Shown in pieces: positions 9,026 through 19,897 of a DNA stretch of 64,000 bases (position 1 is its first letter; the number at the start of each line of letters is the position of its first letter). A model generated the notes under the pieces. The model searched no databases, had not been told where the DNA came from, and saw nothing but the letters and a program-made list of their open reading frames with translations. This stretch comes from Candidatus Multivorans thiocomprendens (GTDB taxonomy: Bacteria > Acidobacteriota > Thermoanaerobaculia > Multivoradales > Multivoraceae). The stretch lies in the NCBI GenBank assembly GCA_027493375.1, contig JAPVWO010000059.1, positions 6,507 through 70,506 on the forward strand, in the 5' to 3' direction. Position numbers and translations under genes: made by a program.

Positions 9026-10954
9026 CTACTCCCGCGGCCGCAGGACCCGCCGCCGGTCGCCCTCCCGCCGCGTCAGCCGCTGCCGGTCCAGGTGCTCGAG
9101 CAGCGGAATCGCCCACTTGCGGGTCAGGCCGAAGCGGTCCTTGAAGTCGGCGACGGTGAACGTGTCCCAGCCGGTGGCGAGAAGGTCGGCCTGAAACCGT
9201 TCCAGGGCGGACGCTGCGAGGAGGAGGCCGCTGGGCAGCCGGACCAGCTTGCCGCGCTCCACCAGGTAGCGGAGCACGCCGTCGAAGACCTGGGGCTTGG
9301 CCCCCAGGGTGCGGCAGAGCTCCTCGGGAGAGCCGGGGGTCAGTCCCTGTTCCTTGAAGCCTCCGACGATGTCCCGCGCCAGCCTGGACTCTGCGCCGGT
9401 CAGTTCGCTGGCGCGGCCCGGGAGAGTCACGAGTTCGCCGTCCGTGACGACGCTCAAGTCCTTGCCGCCGCGGCTCGACCAGTCCAGGTAGGCCGGGGCG
9501 AGGTCGGCGGCGCGCGCGCCCAGCAGCCGGCGGACGAGCTCGGCCTTCGGCATGCCGCGAGACAGGCGGTCGGCGGCGAAGTGCGCCTCGACGAGACGCC
9601 GGGCACGGCGTGTCACGCGACGGACGGTCGCCGCGGTGACGAAGCGGCCGCCGGCGCCCGCCTCGAGCAGCAGGCTCGCCTGAGCGGCGCCGTTCAGCAC
9701 CTCCCGGGCGTCGGCGGGGACGACGCCCAGGCGCAGGGCGAGTTCGGTCACGGCCAGACCGGCCTCGCGGCTGTCGGCGGCCCACTGCACGGCGGCGGCC
9801 TGCCGGTCGCCGGCGTCCAGCGCCTCGATCGTCGGCGCGAGAGCCTTGCCTCGAGGACGCCTCCAGGCCGGGTCGAGCACCGCGCCGCCGCCTAACGTTG
9901 TCTGGGGCGAGGGCCTGCGGATGACGAAGCGGTCGCCGCGAACCGCCACCAGGGGCTCGTCGAGCCGGATCTCCGCCAGCGCTTCCTGGCCCGGGACAAG
10001 CCGTTCGGTCTCGAGCGGCCGGAGCTTGCCGATCCGCTGCGCTGCGTTGACGTGAAGCCGCACCGGGCTGCTGCCGTCGAGCGGTTCGGGCGCCGTGGCG
10101 AGCAGCCGGCAGCGCACGAGCAGGGAAGTCGTGGCGCGGTAGACGGCGGGGGCGGTCAGTTCGTGGCCGCGGGCGACCTGCTCAAGATCGACGCCGACGA
10201 GCTGGAGCGACGTGCGCTCGCCGGCTTCCGCCTGCTGGCGGCGGTCGCCGTGGACCTCGATGCTGCGCACCCGGGCACGGCCGGCGGCGGGCAGGATATC
10301 CAGCTCATCGCCGACGCATACGGTCCCGCGGGCGAGCGTGCCGGTGACCAGCACGCCGAGTCCCCGCAGGTGAAAGGCCCGGTCGATCGGCAGCCGGGCG
10401 GGCAGACGGCGATAGCGGTCGATCGGGGCCGCCGACCTGGCGAGCTCCACCAGGGCCGCGCGGAGCTGCTCCAGGCCTTCGCCGCTCTGGGCCGACACCG
10501 GCAGGATCGGCGCGCCGGCGAACGGGGTGTCGGCCAGCGCCTCCTTGAGCTCCAGCTCGGCAAGCTCCACCAGGTCGGGCGACACGAGGTCCGTCTTCGA
10601 CAGCACCGCCAGGCCGGCCGGGATCCGGAGCAGCGAGCAGATCGCGAGGTGCTCCAGGGTCTGCGGCATGACCCCTTCGTCGGCGGCCACGACCAGCACC
10701 ATCATCTGGATGCCGCCGAGCCCTGCGAGGGCGTTGTGGACGAAGCGCTCGTGTCCGGGCACATCGACGAAGCCGATCTGCCAGCCGTCCTCGACCATCG
10801 AGGCGAAGCCGAGGTCGATCGTGATGCCGCGCTGCTTCTCCTCTTCCCAGCGGTCGCAGTCGACCCCGGTCAGGGCCTGGACCAGCCGTGTCTTGCCGTG
10901 ATCGACGTGGCCCGCGGTGCCGACGACGAACCGGTTGGCGGCTATCTCGCTCAC
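9026..10954 (-). CDS. selB: Selenocysteine-specific elongation factor SelB
   Basis: GTAGHVDHGKT, RGITIDLGF, DVPGHERFV, C-terminal winged helix (LTRKWAIPLLEHLD). GTG start at 10954 overlaps the upstream stop. Confidence 0.95.
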   Translation of the reverse strand: MSEIAANRFVVGTAGHVDHGKTRLVQALTGVDCDRWEEEKQRGITIDLGFASMVEDGWQIGFVDVPGHERFVHNALAGLGGIQMMVLVVAADEGVMPQTLEHLAICSLLRIPAGLAVLSKTDLVSPDLVELAELELKEALADTPFAGAPILPVSAQSGEGLEQLRAALVELARSAAPIDRYRRLPARLPIDRAFHLRGLGVLVTGTLARGTVCVGDELDILPAAGRARVRSIEVHGDRRQQAEAGERTSLQLVGVDLEQVARGHELTAPAVYRATTSLLVRCRLLATAPEPLDGSSPVRLHVNAAQRIGKLRPLETERLVPGQEALAEIRLDEPLVAVRGDRFVIRRPSPQTTLGGGAVLDPAWRRPRGKALAPTIEALDAGDRQAAAVQWAADSREAGLAVTELALRLGVVPADAREVLNGAAQASLLLEAGAGGRFVTAATVRRVTRRARRLVEAHFAADRLSRGMPKAELVRRLLGARAADLAPAYLDWSSRGGKDLSVVTDGELVTLPGRASELTGAESRLARDIVGGFKEQGLTPGSPEELCRTLGAKPQVFDGVLRYLVERGKLVRLPSGLLLAASALERFQADLLATGWDTFTVADFKDRFGLTRKWAIPLLEHLDRQRLTRREGDRRRVLRPRE

Positions 10955-12318
10955 GAACCGCGTTCGGGGTCGATGCCGTAGGCCTGGAGCTTGCGGTACA
11001 GGTGGCGGCGGTCGACTCCGAGGTCCCGGGCGGTCTGGGAGACGTTGCCGCCGGCGGCGCCGAGCCGGCGCTCGATGTAGAGCCGCTCGAAGGTCTCGCG
11101 GGCCTCCTTGAGCGAGGCGTAGTCGTTGCCCACCTGGGCGATCGCGTCCGCCCCGCGTACCCGAGGCGGCAGGTCCCCTTCCATGACCACGTCGCCGGGC
11201 GCCATGATCATCAGGCGTTCGCTCAGGTTGCGGAGTTCCCGCACGTTCCCCGGCCACGAGTAGGCGACCAGCCGTTCGAGCGCCCGGGGGTCGACCGTCT
11301 TCGGACGGCGGCCGGCCTCGGCGGCGAAGCGTTCGAGGAAGTGGTCGATCAGGGCCGGGATGTCCCGGCGCCGCTCGCGAAGGGCCGGCACGTGGAGCGG
11401 AATGACGGCGAGCCGGAAGTAGAGGTCCTCGCGGAACCGGCCGGCGGGGAGTTCGTCCTCTTCCAGGTTCTTGTTCGTCGCCGCCAGCACCCGCACGTCA
11501 ACGTCGATCGGCTCGGAACCTCCCACCCGCTCGAACCGTTGCTCCTCCAGCACGCGCAGCACCTTGGCCTGAGTGTTCAGCGACATGTCGGCGATCTCGT
11601 CCAGAAACAGGGTGCCTCCGTCGGCCTGTTCGAACCGTCCGCGGCGGTTCTCCGAGGCGCCGGTGAAGGCGCCCTTGATGTGCCCGAAGAGCTCGCTCTC
11701 GATGAGTTCCTCCGGGATCGCGGCGCAGTTCACTTCGACGAAGGCGCGGCTCCTGCGCTGGGAGAGGCCGTGGATGCGTCTCGCGACGAGCTCCTTGCCC
11801 GTGCCGTTCTCGCCGGTGATCAGGATCCGGCTCTCGGCGCGCGCCGAGAGCTTCAACTCGTCCTTCAATTGCCGCATGGACGGCGAGTCGCCGATGAGCT
11901 GCCGCTCGGGATCGAGCCGGTTCGACAGTTCCCGCACCTCGCGTTCGAGACGTTTCCGCTCCAGGGCGTTCTCGACCGACACGACGACCCGGTTGAGCGC
12001 CAGCGGCTTCTCCAGGAAGTCGTGCGCGCCGATGCGCATCGCCTTGACCGCCGTGTCGATGTTGCCGTGGCCGGAGATGACGATGACCGGCGTCTGGAAG
12101 TCGCCCTCGCGGAGTTCCTCCAGGATCTCCAGGCCGTCGCGGTCGGGCAGCCAGACGTCGAGCAGGACGAGGTCGAACTCGTCGCTCGCCATCAGCGCCT
12201 GGCCGCTCACCGCGTCCGCCGCCGCCGCCACCGAGTGGCCTTCGTCCTCGAGGATGTCCCGCAGGGTCTGGCGGATGCCGGCCTCGTCGTCGACGATCAG
12301 AATGCGCGCCTTGCTCAT
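10951..12318 (-). CDS. NtrX/NtrC-family sigma54-dependent response regulator
   Basis: Receiver domain (ILIVDDE, LDVWLP), AAA+ GENGTGKE, GAFTGA, Fis-type HTH. Confidence 0.92.
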   Translation of the reverse strand: MSKARILIVDDEAGIRQTLRDILEDEGHSVAAAADAVSGQALMASDEFDLVLLDVWLPDRDGLEILEELREGDFQTPVIVISGHGNIDTAVKAMRIGAHDFLEKPLALNRVVVSVENALERKRLEREVRELSNRLDPERQLIGDSPSMRQLKDELKLSARAESRILITGENGTGKELVARRIHGLSQRRSRAFVEVNCAAIPEELIESELFGHIKGAFTGASENRRGRFEQADGGTLFLDEIADMSLNTQAKVLRVLEEQRFERVGGSEPIDVDVRVLAATNKNLEEDELPAGRFREDLYFRLAVIPLHVPALRERRRDIPALIDHFLERFAAEAGRRPKTVDPRALERLVAYSWPGNVRELRNLSERLMIMAPGDVVMEGDLPPRVRGADAIAQVGNDYASLKEARETFERLYIERRLGAAGGNVSQTARDLGVDRRHLYRKLQAYGIDPERGS

Positions 12319-12342
12319 CGTTGGATGCCGGTGAGCGCGGTT

Positions 12343-14616
12343 CTACCGCTGCGCCTCGGACTGGGGCAGTTCGGACTGGGGTAACTCGATGGTGAAGGTC
12401 GTGCCGCGAGGCTCGTTGTCCTCGACCCGGATCGAGCCGTTGTGGTCGCTGACGATGCGCTGGACGATGGCCAGGCCCAGCCCAGAACCCCGTCCCTTGG
12501 TCGAAAAGTAGGGCAGGAAGAGTTTCTCGCGGGCTCCCTTCGGCACACCGCTGCCCGTGTCCCTGACCGAGAGGTCGAGGACCCCGTTGCCGCGGCCGGC
12601 CCGGACCGTCACCTGGCCGGGCGGGTTGGTGGCGGCGATGGCGTTGTCCAGCAGGTTGACCAGGGCGGAGCGCATCTGGTCGGCGTCGAGCTTGGCGTGG
12701 AGACCCTCCTTGCCGGCCTCGATGCGCGCCTCGATCTCGACGCCGGGTTTCAGCTCGCGGTAGAGGTCGACCGTTTCGCTGATGAGCTTCGCCATGTCGA
12801 CATCGCGGGGCTGGGGGCGCCGCATGCGGGCGTAGCGCGCGAACTGGTCCACGAGGTTCTGCATGTTGCCGACCTCGCGGACGACGATCTGCGCTCCCTC
12901 CTCGACCGCGGCGCCGAGGCTCGCGTCGTTGCTCTGCGCCTTGCGCAGCAGTCGCTCCGCGGCCAGCTTGATCGGAGTCAGCGGGTTCTTGATCTCGTGG
13001 GCGATCCGGCGCGCGGCTTCCGTCCAGGTGGCGGCCTTCTGGGCGTCGAGCAGCGCGGTCAGATCCTCGATCACGAGGACGTGGCCGAGCAGCTCGAAGC
13101 CGCCGCTGCCGTCCGGCGCGCGCAACGGGCTGGTCTTGACCTCGAGAGTCTTCCAGTCGTCCCTGCCGCCGAGGCTGACTTCGCGGCGGGCCGGGGTCGC
13201 CCCCGAGCGCCGCGGGCCGGTCGCCCCCCGGACCGTCGAATCCGGCAGATCGGCGAACACGGCCTCGACGCCCTTGTCCGGGAGCAGCTCGCTCAGGGCC
13301 TCGGGCGGCGCGCCGGCGAGCGAAACGTGCGATGGAAGCCCCAGCATCTCCACCGCGGCACGGTTGCACGTCAGGATACGGCCGTCACGATCGAGCGAGA
13401 GCACGCCGGCCGGCCCGCTCTCCAGCACCGCTTCGATGCGGGCGCGCTCGGCGTCCAGGCGGCGGTTCGTCGCCACCAGGTCCCGGTTCGATTCCTGCAG
13501 CGCGTCGGTCATCCGGTTGAAGGAGTCGACCAGGATCTGGACCTCGTCGTCGGCGGCTGCCTCGACCCGGTGTTCCAGGTCGCCGCCGGCGATGCGCCGG
13601 GTGCCGTCCGCCAGCGCTTCGATCGGGCCGGTGACCCGGCCGGCGAGGTAGAGACCGACCCAGCAGGAGACGAGCAGAATGCACAGGGTCACGGTCAGGA
13701 AGAGGAGCCAGTACGCGGCCCGGATCTCGTCGCGTTGGGCGTGCAGTTGCCGCCGGGACTGGTAGGCGGCGATCAGGGTCTCCGTGCTGCCGGCGAGCTC
13801 GGCATCGAGCAGCCTGCCGGCGACGGCCACGGTGGTCTCGGCGCCGCCTTCCCGGGCCGCCGCGGCGAGGATGAGTCGCTCCTCGCTGCCGGACACTTCG
13901 CCGATGGCCCGGGCGGCGCCGGTGCGGACCGCTTCGAGCAGCATGCCGCGGGTCGGCTCGGGTACCTCGGAAAGAGCCTGGGGATTCACTGTGGCCTGGA
14001 GGAAGGTGGTGTTCCGGTAGACCGCCAGGTAGTCGAGGTCGGCTTCGGAACGGGCCTCGCCGAGCGCCCCCAGCAGCCGGCCGCGCCCGCGCGGACTATC
14101 CAGGTCCAGGCTCCCGGTGTCGGTGAGAAAGCGTTCGGCGTCGCGCAGCAATTCGTCCTGCCGGGTCGAGGTCAGGGCCTGGGAGACCTGGTTGGCCGGT
14201 TCCAGCAGGTCGTCGATGTCGGTCCGGAACATGCGGTCGATCGAGCCCTGGAGCAGTTCCGTGGCGTAGGCGAACAGGACGAGTCCGGGGATCAGCGACA
14301 GGCCGATGTAGGTGAGGATCAGCTTCGTCCGGAACTTGGCGCCCAGACGCTGGCGCCGGCGCTCGATCCACAGCTTGGTCAGGTTGCGGACGAGCACGAA
14401 GGCGACGACCAGGATCAGCACCACGTTCAGATTGCGCAGCGCGAACAGCAGGATGCTGTTGTTGAGCACCGTGGGGTCGATCTCGCGGCCGCGCTGGAGC
14501 GCGTAGTAGCCCGCAGTCGGTACGGCGAGGGAGAGCGCCAGGAGCCAGACCAGGAAGCGGTTGGTCTTGATGAGTTCGCGCAGGGGCGGGCGGCTCGCGG
14601 TCAGGCGTTGGATCAC
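12343..14616 (-). CDS. NtrY-like membrane sensor histidine kinase (HAMP-PAS-HisKA-HATPase)
   Basis: Several TM helices, ARRIAHEIKNPLTPI H-box, NLLDNA, DTGSG, GSGLGLAIV. Confidence 0.92.
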   Translation of the reverse strand: MIQRLTASRPPLRELIKTNRFLVWLLALSLAVPTAGYYALQRGREIDPTVLNNSILLFALRNLNVVLILVVAFVLVRNLTKLWIERRRQRLGAKFRTKLILTYIGLSLIPGLVLFAYATELLQGSIDRMFRTDIDDLLEPANQVSQALTSTRQDELLRDAERFLTDTGSLDLDSPRGRGRLLGALGEARSEADLDYLAVYRNTTFLQATVNPQALSEVPEPTRGMLLEAVRTGAARAIGEVSGSEERLILAAAAREGGAETTVAVAGRLLDAELAGSTETLIAAYQSRRQLHAQRDEIRAAYWLLFLTVTLCILLVSCWVGLYLAGRVTGPIEALADGTRRIAGGDLEHRVEAAADDEVQILVDSFNRMTDALQESNRDLVATNRRLDAERARIEAVLESGPAGVLSLDRDGRILTCNRAAVEMLGLPSHVSLAGAPPEALSELLPDKGVEAVFADLPDSTVRGATGPRRSGATPARREVSLGGRDDWKTLEVKTSPLRAPDGSGGFELLGHVLVIEDLTALLDAQKAATWTEAARRIAHEIKNPLTPIKLAAERLLRKAQSNDASLGAAVEEGAQIVVREVGNMQNLVDQFARYARMRRPQPRDVDMAKLISETVDLYRELKPGVEIEARIEAGKEGLHAKLDADQMRSALVNLLDNAIAATNPPGQVTVRAGRGNGVLDLSVRDTGSGVPKGAREKLFLPYFSTKGRGSGLGLAIVQRIVSDHNGSIRVEDNEPRGTTFTIELPQSELPQSEAQR

Positions 14617-15227
14617 TCGGCCTCCCCGCTGCCGATCCGGCGCTGGGCGGACGGGAAGGGCGTCGTCTGGGCCCAGGCGGTGTGGACCCGGTCCGGAATC
14701 AGGCCGAGCCGGGTTCGGGTCCGGACTTCGGCGCGCACTCGCAGCACGAGTCGCCCCGGCGGTTCATCGACGAGCTCTACCGACGGCAGTCGCTCGAAGG
14801 TCGTCAGCGCTCGCTCCAGGTCCTCCGGCGAGATCACGACCCGGCTGGCGTAGAGCTCCCCGTCGCGCTTGAAGTTGACGAGGTACTCACGGGTGAGGGC
14901 GTTGTACATCGCCACGACCTGCAACCGGGTGGCGGCGACGGCCTTGTCGAACCAGCGCCGCCTGATCCGCCGGACCTGGATGTCGTAGGTGAAGCCGGTC
15001 GGCAGTCCGCTCTCGATCTTCTCCCAGGTGCGTTCGTCAAGCGCCCGGTCCAGGCGGAAGCTGACCAGCAGCACCGGACCCTCGCGCACGGCGGAGAGTG
15101 CGGTGATGGCGGCTTTGGCGGACCGGCCGGAGGCTTCTCGCGGAGGCTGTGCCGCGAGTGCGTCGCCGCCCAGAACGCTCGACAGGCTGAGCGCGCAGAT
15201 CAGCCGTCCCGCCCGCGGGACTCTCAT
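14613..15227 (-). CDS. DUF4390-like exported protein
   Basis: Signal peptide; SGLPTGFTY...WFD...YNALTREY pattern; usual position upstream of ntrY. Confidence 0.7.
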   Translation of the reverse strand: MRVPRAGRLICALSLSSVLGGDALAAQPPREASGRSAKAAITALSAVREGPVLLVSFRLDRALDERTWEKIESGLPTGFTYDIQVRRIRRRWFDKAVAATRLQVVAMYNALTREYLVNFKRDGELYASRVVISPEDLERALTTFERLPSVELVDEPPGRLVLRVRAEVRTRTRLGLIPDRVHTAWAQTTPFPSAQRRIGSGEAE

Positions 15228-15282
15228 GGCGTGACCCTACCAGTCCGCGGCGTACCTGCGCCCCGCGGGAGGATCGAGGCGG

Positions 15283-16281
15283 CTACGGGGGCGGACCGGC
15301 GAAACCGGGATGCCAGGTCGGCGGCCGGTCGCCGTCGAGCGGGCGATCCGCTTCCGGCGGCAGTTCGTCGCCGCGCAGCCAAGTCCAGCAGCGCGAGTTG
15401 GCGACGAGTTTCCTCAGCAACTCGTAGTGGAGTTGGTGGCCGCCCCGCAGAACCTCGAAGTGGCCCCAGATCGGCGCTCCGAGCAGGGTGAAGTCTCCCA
15501 CCGCGTCGAGCGCCTTGTGCCGAACCGGCTCGTCCGTGAAACGGAGGTCCGTGTTCACCGCGCCGTGTTCGTCGAAGACGATGCAGTTGTCGACCGACCC
15601 GCCCAGCCCCAGTCCGGCTCGCTGCATCTGTTCGACGTCCATCTCCCGGCAGAAGGTCCGCGCAGGCGCCAGACCGCGCTCGAAGCTGCGCGTGTCGACG
15701 TCGATCTGCAACCTCTGGCGTCCCACGGCGCAGCCTTCGAAGTCGATCGTGTAGTCCAGGCGCAGGCCGGGGTAGGGCGATGCGCGCAGCCACTTGTCGC
15801 CGCGGTCGATCTCGATCACCGAAGTGATCGCGAGGATCTGCCGGTTCGCGTTCTGGGACCTCACTCCCGCCGCCTGCAGCAAGAGCAGGTAGGGCATCGC
15901 CGAGCCGTCGAGGATCGGCACCTCGGGGCCGTCCATCTCGACGACCAGGTTGTCGATGCCGAGGATGTAGACGGCGGCGAGGAGGTGCTCGACGGTGGAG
16001 ACGGTCACATCGTCGCGACCGAGCGTGGTGGCGAGTTCGAGGGAACTGACGCTCGTCAGGTCGGCGGGAACCTCCACGTTGCCGGCATCCGCGCGGCGGA
16101 AACGGATGCCCGCGCCGGGCGGCGCCGGCAGGATGCGCAGATTCGTCTCCCGGCCGGTGTGAATGCCCACGCCGGAGATCGCCGTCGGACGCCGGATCGT
16201 CTGCTGGAGGAAGAGGCGGTCACGCGTGTCGTTGGACCGTCGCCGGGAGTTCCGGCCGGATCCGTTGGGGCGCTTTGCCAT
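15283..16281 (-). CDS. lpxC: UDP-3-O-acyl-N-acetylglucosamine deacetylase
   Basis: QQTI...GVGIHTG, TVEHLLAA, EVPILDGSA, APARTF, RHKALDAVGD. Confidence 0.95.
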   Translation of the reverse strand: MAKRPNGSGRNSRRRSNDTRDRLFLQQTIRRPTAISGVGIHTGRETNLRILPAPPGAGIRFRRADAGNVEVPADLTSVSSLELATTLGRDDVTVSTVEHLLAAVYILGIDNLVVEMDGPEVPILDGSAMPYLLLLQAAGVRSQNANRQILAITSVIEIDRGDKWLRASPYPGLRLDYTIDFEGCAVGRQRLQIDVDTRSFERGLAPARTFCREMDVEQMQRAGLGLGGSVDNCIVFDEHGAVNTDLRFTDEPVRHKALDAVGDFTLLGAPIWGHFEVLRGGHQLHYELLRKLVANSRCWTWLRGDELPPEADRPLDGDRPPTWHPGFAGPPP

Positions 16282-16295
16282 CGAACAGGTGTTTC

Positions 16296-16311
16296 AGCAC
16301 GGATCGTGCCA
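16296..16311 (-). promoter_or_regulatory. sigma54 (-24/-12) promoter upstream of lpxC
   Basis: Minus strand reads TGGCACGATCCGTGCT, i.e. GG-N10-GC with TGGCAC, ending 15 bp before the lpxC ATG. Confidence 0.65.
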
Positions 16312-16515
16312 GCCCGGCGATGGTCTTCGCTCCTTTGCAAGTTCCTTGTTTTTCGGGGATTTACGTCGGTGTCCGGGACTCGTCGGTGATCCGGTATGTG
16401 GCGTTTACGCCACACCTCTGTGGCGCTTCGGCCGCATCGCGACCGCCTGCGTCGGGGCGTCCGCGGAGAGTAGACTCACTCGGCAAGATGTACCGAACGC
16501 CGGAAACGAACACCG

Positions 16516-17037
16516 ATGGCCAGGCGCAGCAAACAGAAGCAGCGGTCGCTCGCGGGCGGGAACGCTCTGGCGGTCAATCGAAAGGCCCGGCGGGAGTATC
16601 GCGTCCTGGAACGGCTGGAGGCCGGCATCGAGCTCCTGGGCACCGAGGTCAAGTCGATCAGGGGCGGCAAGATCCAGCTACGCGACAGCTACGTGGCCTT
16701 TCGTGACCACGAGGCCTGGCTGCTGGACGCTCACGTTTCGGCGTACAGCCACGGGAACCGGGAGAACCACGATCTCGAGCGGCCCAGGCGGCTGCTCCTG
16801 AATCGGCGCGAGATCGACCGCCTGTTCGGGCGTACCCGCGACCGGGGCCTGACGGTGGTGCCGCTGTCCGTCTACCTGAAAGGGAACCGGATCAAGGTCG
16901 AGCTGGCCCTGGCCGAAGGCAGGAAGTTGCACGACAAGCGCGAACGGGAACGGGAGCGGACCCTCGACCGCGAGGCCGGCGAGGTGTTCCGCGGCCGGCG
17001 GCGCATGCGGTCGGACGCGCCGGAGGAAACGCGGTGA
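16516..17037 (+). CDS. smpB: SsrA-binding protein
   Basis: [42 protein letters not shown]. Confidence 0.96.
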   Translation: MARRSKQKQRSLAGGNALAVNRKARREYRVLERLEAGIELLGTEVKSIRGGKIQLRDSYVAFRDHEAWLLDAHVSAYSHGNRENHDLERPRRLLLNRREIDRLFGRTRDRGLTVVPLSVYLKGNRIKVELALAEGRKLHDKRERERERTLDREAGEVFRGRRRMRSDAPEETR

Positions 17038-19895
17038 GCGGGAAGAAGATCGTCGTCCGCGGCGCCCGCGAACACAACCTGAAGAACCTGACGGTCGAGA
17101 TCCCGCGGGATCGACTGGTCGTCGTCACCGGCGTTTCGGGCTCGGGCAAATCCTCCCTCGCCTTCGACACGCTGTTCGCCGAGGGGCAGCGTCGCTACGT
17201 CGAGTCCCTTTCCGCCTACGCGCGGCAGTTCCTGCACCAGGTTGAGAAGCCGGACGTCGACTCGATCGAGGGACTCTCGCCCGCGATTTCGATCGAGCAG
17301 AAATCGGTGTCCCGCAACCCGCGGTCGACGGTGGGGACGGTCACCGAGATCCTGGACTACCTGCGGTTGCTCTATGCCTCGGTGGGAGTGCCGCACTGCC
17401 CCGAGTGCGGCAAGGTGATTCGGCCGCAGACCGTGCAGCAGATGGTCGACCGGGTGGCGGCCATGCCGGAGGGCACCCGGCTGTTGCTGCTCGCGCCGTA
17501 CGTGCGGGGCAAGAAGGGCGAGTACCGGCGCCAGCTCGAACAGATGGTCCGCGAGGGCTTCCTGCGGGCGCGCATCGATGGCGAACTCCGCGAGCTTTCC
17601 GGCGACCTCCCCGCTCTCGACAAGAACAGGAAGCACGACATCGAGATCGTGATCGACCGTCTCGTCGTCCGGCCGGGCATCGAGCAGCGGCTCGCGGCAT
17701 CGGTCGAGACCGCGCTCGACGTTGGCCGCGGGTTGCTCGTCGTGGCGCCCCAGGGGTTGCCCGAGGAGACGATGTCGCAGCACTACGCCTGCGCCGACTG
17801 CGGCACCAGCCTGGCCGAGGTCTCGCCGCGGCTGTTCTCGTTCAACAGCCCCTACGGTGCGTGCCCCGAGTGCGGCGGCCTGGGTTCGTCGATGGCGGTC
17901 GACGAGGAGAGGATCCTGGACGATCCGCGGCGGTCGATCCAGGCCGGCGTGCTCCGGCCCTTTCCGACGAGTTCGTCGTCCTGGCGGCTCAGGATGCTAC
18001 GGACGGTCGCCGCGGAGATGGGCTTCGATCTCTCGACGCCGTGGCGCGAGCTGTCCGACGAGGTGCGGCAGGTCGTGCTCTACGGTTCGGGCAGCCGCGA
18101 GATCGCCTTCGAGATCAAGGGCCGCCGCTCGTCCTACCAGTGGCGCGGGCGGTACGAGGGCGTGGTGCCGATGCTCACTCGCCGCCACGCCGACACGGAG
18201 TCCCCGGGCGTTCGCGCGGAGATCGAGAAGTACATGTCGGTGCGCACCTGCGGCTCGTGCTCGGGCCGCCGGCTCCGTCCCGAAGCGCTGGCGGTCACCG
18301 TCGGCGACCGTTCGATCGACGATCTGACCTCGATGCCGATCGGCGACCTCCGGCGGGTGGTCGGAGCGTTGGGGCTGAGCACGAAGGAACGGCAGATCGC
18401 CGGCAAGATCCTGCAGGAGGTGGAGGACCGGCTGACGTTCCTCGATGATGTCGGTCTCGGTTATCTGCACCTGGACCGGGCCTCGGGAACCCTCTCGGGA
18501 GGCGAGAGCCAGCGCATCCGGCTCGCGACGCAGATCGGAAGCAAGCTCCAGGGAGTGCTCTACGTGCTGGACGAGCCCTCGATCGGCCTGCACCAGCGGG
18601 ACAACGCGAAGCTGCTCCGGACGCTCAAGGGCATGCGTGACCTCGGCAACTCCGTGCTCCTGGTCGAACATGACGAGGAGACGATCCGCGAGGCGGACTG
18701 GATCGTCGATCTGGGCCCGAAGGCGGGCGAGCACGGCGGCGAGGTGGTCGCCGAGGGATCGCTCGACAGGGTCGAGAAGGCGAAGGGGTCGTTGACCGCC
18801 GCCTACCTCCGCGGCGAAGCGGAGGTGCCGGTGCCCGCCGCGCGGCGGCCGGGTAACGGCGCCTGGCTGGGCATCAGGGGCGCGCGCCAGAACAACCTGG
18901 CCGAGCTCGACGTCGACGTGCCGCTCGGCTGCTTCGTCCTGGTCACCGGGGTCTCCGGTTCAGGCAAGAGCAGCCTGGTCAACGAGGTGCTGTACAAGGC
19001 CCTGGCGCGCCACTTCTACCGCGCCGTCGATCCGGCCGGCGATCACGATCGGATCGAGGGGCTCGAGCATCTCGACAAGGTGATCGCCATCGATCAGAGT
19101 CCGATCGGTCGCACGCCGCGCTCCAACCCGGCGACCTACACGAACGTCTTCACGCCGATCCGCACCCTGATGGCGAAGACGCCGGAAGCGCGGGCCCGCG
19201 GCTACAAGCCCGGCCGCTTCAGCTTCAACGTCAAGGGCGGCCGCTGCGAAGCCTGCGCGGGTGACGGGCAGAACAAGATCGAGATGCACTTCCTGCCCGA
19301 CGTCTACGTGACCTGCGACATCTGCGGCGGTCTGCGCTATGACCGCGAGACCCTGCAGGTCCGCTACAAGGGCAAGAACATCGCCGACATCCTCGCCATG
19401 AGCGTCGAGAACGCCTGCGAGTTCTTCGCCAACGTCCCGGCCATCGACCGTATCCTCTCGACGCTGGACGAGGTGGGGCTCGGCTACATCCGCCTCGGCC
19501 AGCCGGCGACCACGCTGTCGGGCGGCGAGGCGCAGCGGGTCAAGCTGGCCACCGAACTGTCCAAACGGGCGACTGGCCGGAGTCTCTACCTGCTGGACGA
19601 GCCGACGACCGGTCTCCACTTCGACGACGTGCGGCGCCTGGTCGGCCTTCTGCAGCGTCTGGTGGACCGGGGCAACACGGTGCTGGTCGTCGAGCACAAC
19701 CTCGACGTGATCAAGAACGCGGACTGGATCATCGACCTGGGCCCGGAGGGCGGCGTCGGTGGCGGCAGGCTGGTGGTGGCCGGTACGCCCGAAGAGGTAG
19801 CGGCCTTGCCGGAGAGTCACACCGGGGAGTTCCTGAGCAAGGCGCTGGCGACCCCGGCACCGGTGCACGCCACCCAGGAAAGAAAGGCGAGCTGA
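17034..19895 (+). CDS. uvrA: Excinuclease ABC subunit A
   Basis: GAREHNLKN, two GVSGSGKSS Walker A motifs, zinc fingers, LSGGE signatures. Confidence 0.98.
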   Translation: MSGKKIVVRGAREHNLKNLTVEIPRDRLVVVTGVSGSGKSSLAFDTLFAEGQRRYVESLSAYARQFLHQVEKPDVDSIEGLSPAISIEQKSVSRNPRSTVGTVTEILDYLRLLYASVGVPHCPECGKVIRPQTVQQMVDRVAAMPEGTRLLLLAPYVRGKKGEYRRQLEQMVREGFLRARIDGELRELSGDLPALDKNRKHDIEIVIDRLVVRPGIEQRLAASVETALDVGRGLLVVAPQGLPEETMSQHYACADCGTSLAEVSPRLFSFNSPYGACPECGGLGSSMAVDEERILDDPRRSIQAGVLRPFPTSSSSWRLRMLRTVAAEMGFDLSTPWRELSDEVRQVVLYGSGSREIAFEIKGRRSSYQWRGRYEGVVPMLTRRHADTESPGVRAEIEKYMSVRTCGSCSGRRLRPEALAVTVGDRSIDDLTSMPIGDLRRVVGALGLSTKERQIAGKILQEVEDRLTFLDDVGLGYLHLDRASGTLSGGESQRIRLATQIGSKLQGVLYVLDEPSIGLHQRDNAKLLRTLKGMRDLGNSVLLVEHDEETIREADWIVDLGPKAGEHGGEVVAEGSLDRVEKAKGSLTAAYLRGEAEVPVPAARRPGNGAWLGIRGARQNNLAELDVDVPLGCFVLVTGVSGSGKSSLVNEVLYKALARHFYRAVDPAGDHDRIEGLEHLDKVIAIDQSPIGRTPRSNPATYTNVFTPIRTLMAKTPEARARGYKPGRFSFNVKGGRCEACAGDGQNKIEMHFLPDVYVTCDICGGLRYDRETLQVRYKGKNIADILAMSVENACEFFANVPAIDRILSTLDEVGLGYIRLGQPATTLSGGEAQRVKLATELSKRATGRSLYLLDEPTTGLHFDDVRRLVGLLQRLVDRGNTVLVVEHNLDVIKNADWIIDLGPEGGVGGGRLVVAGTPEEVAALPESHTGEFLSKALATPAPVHATQERKAS

Positions 19896-19897
19896 GC

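Noticed and set aside
12442..14853. Long antisense and alternate-frame ORFs (also 58123-60411, 34284-36206, 5768-7372, 41900-43564)
   Set aside because: Shadow ORFs expected from high-GC codon bias opposite well-supported genes; no motifs.
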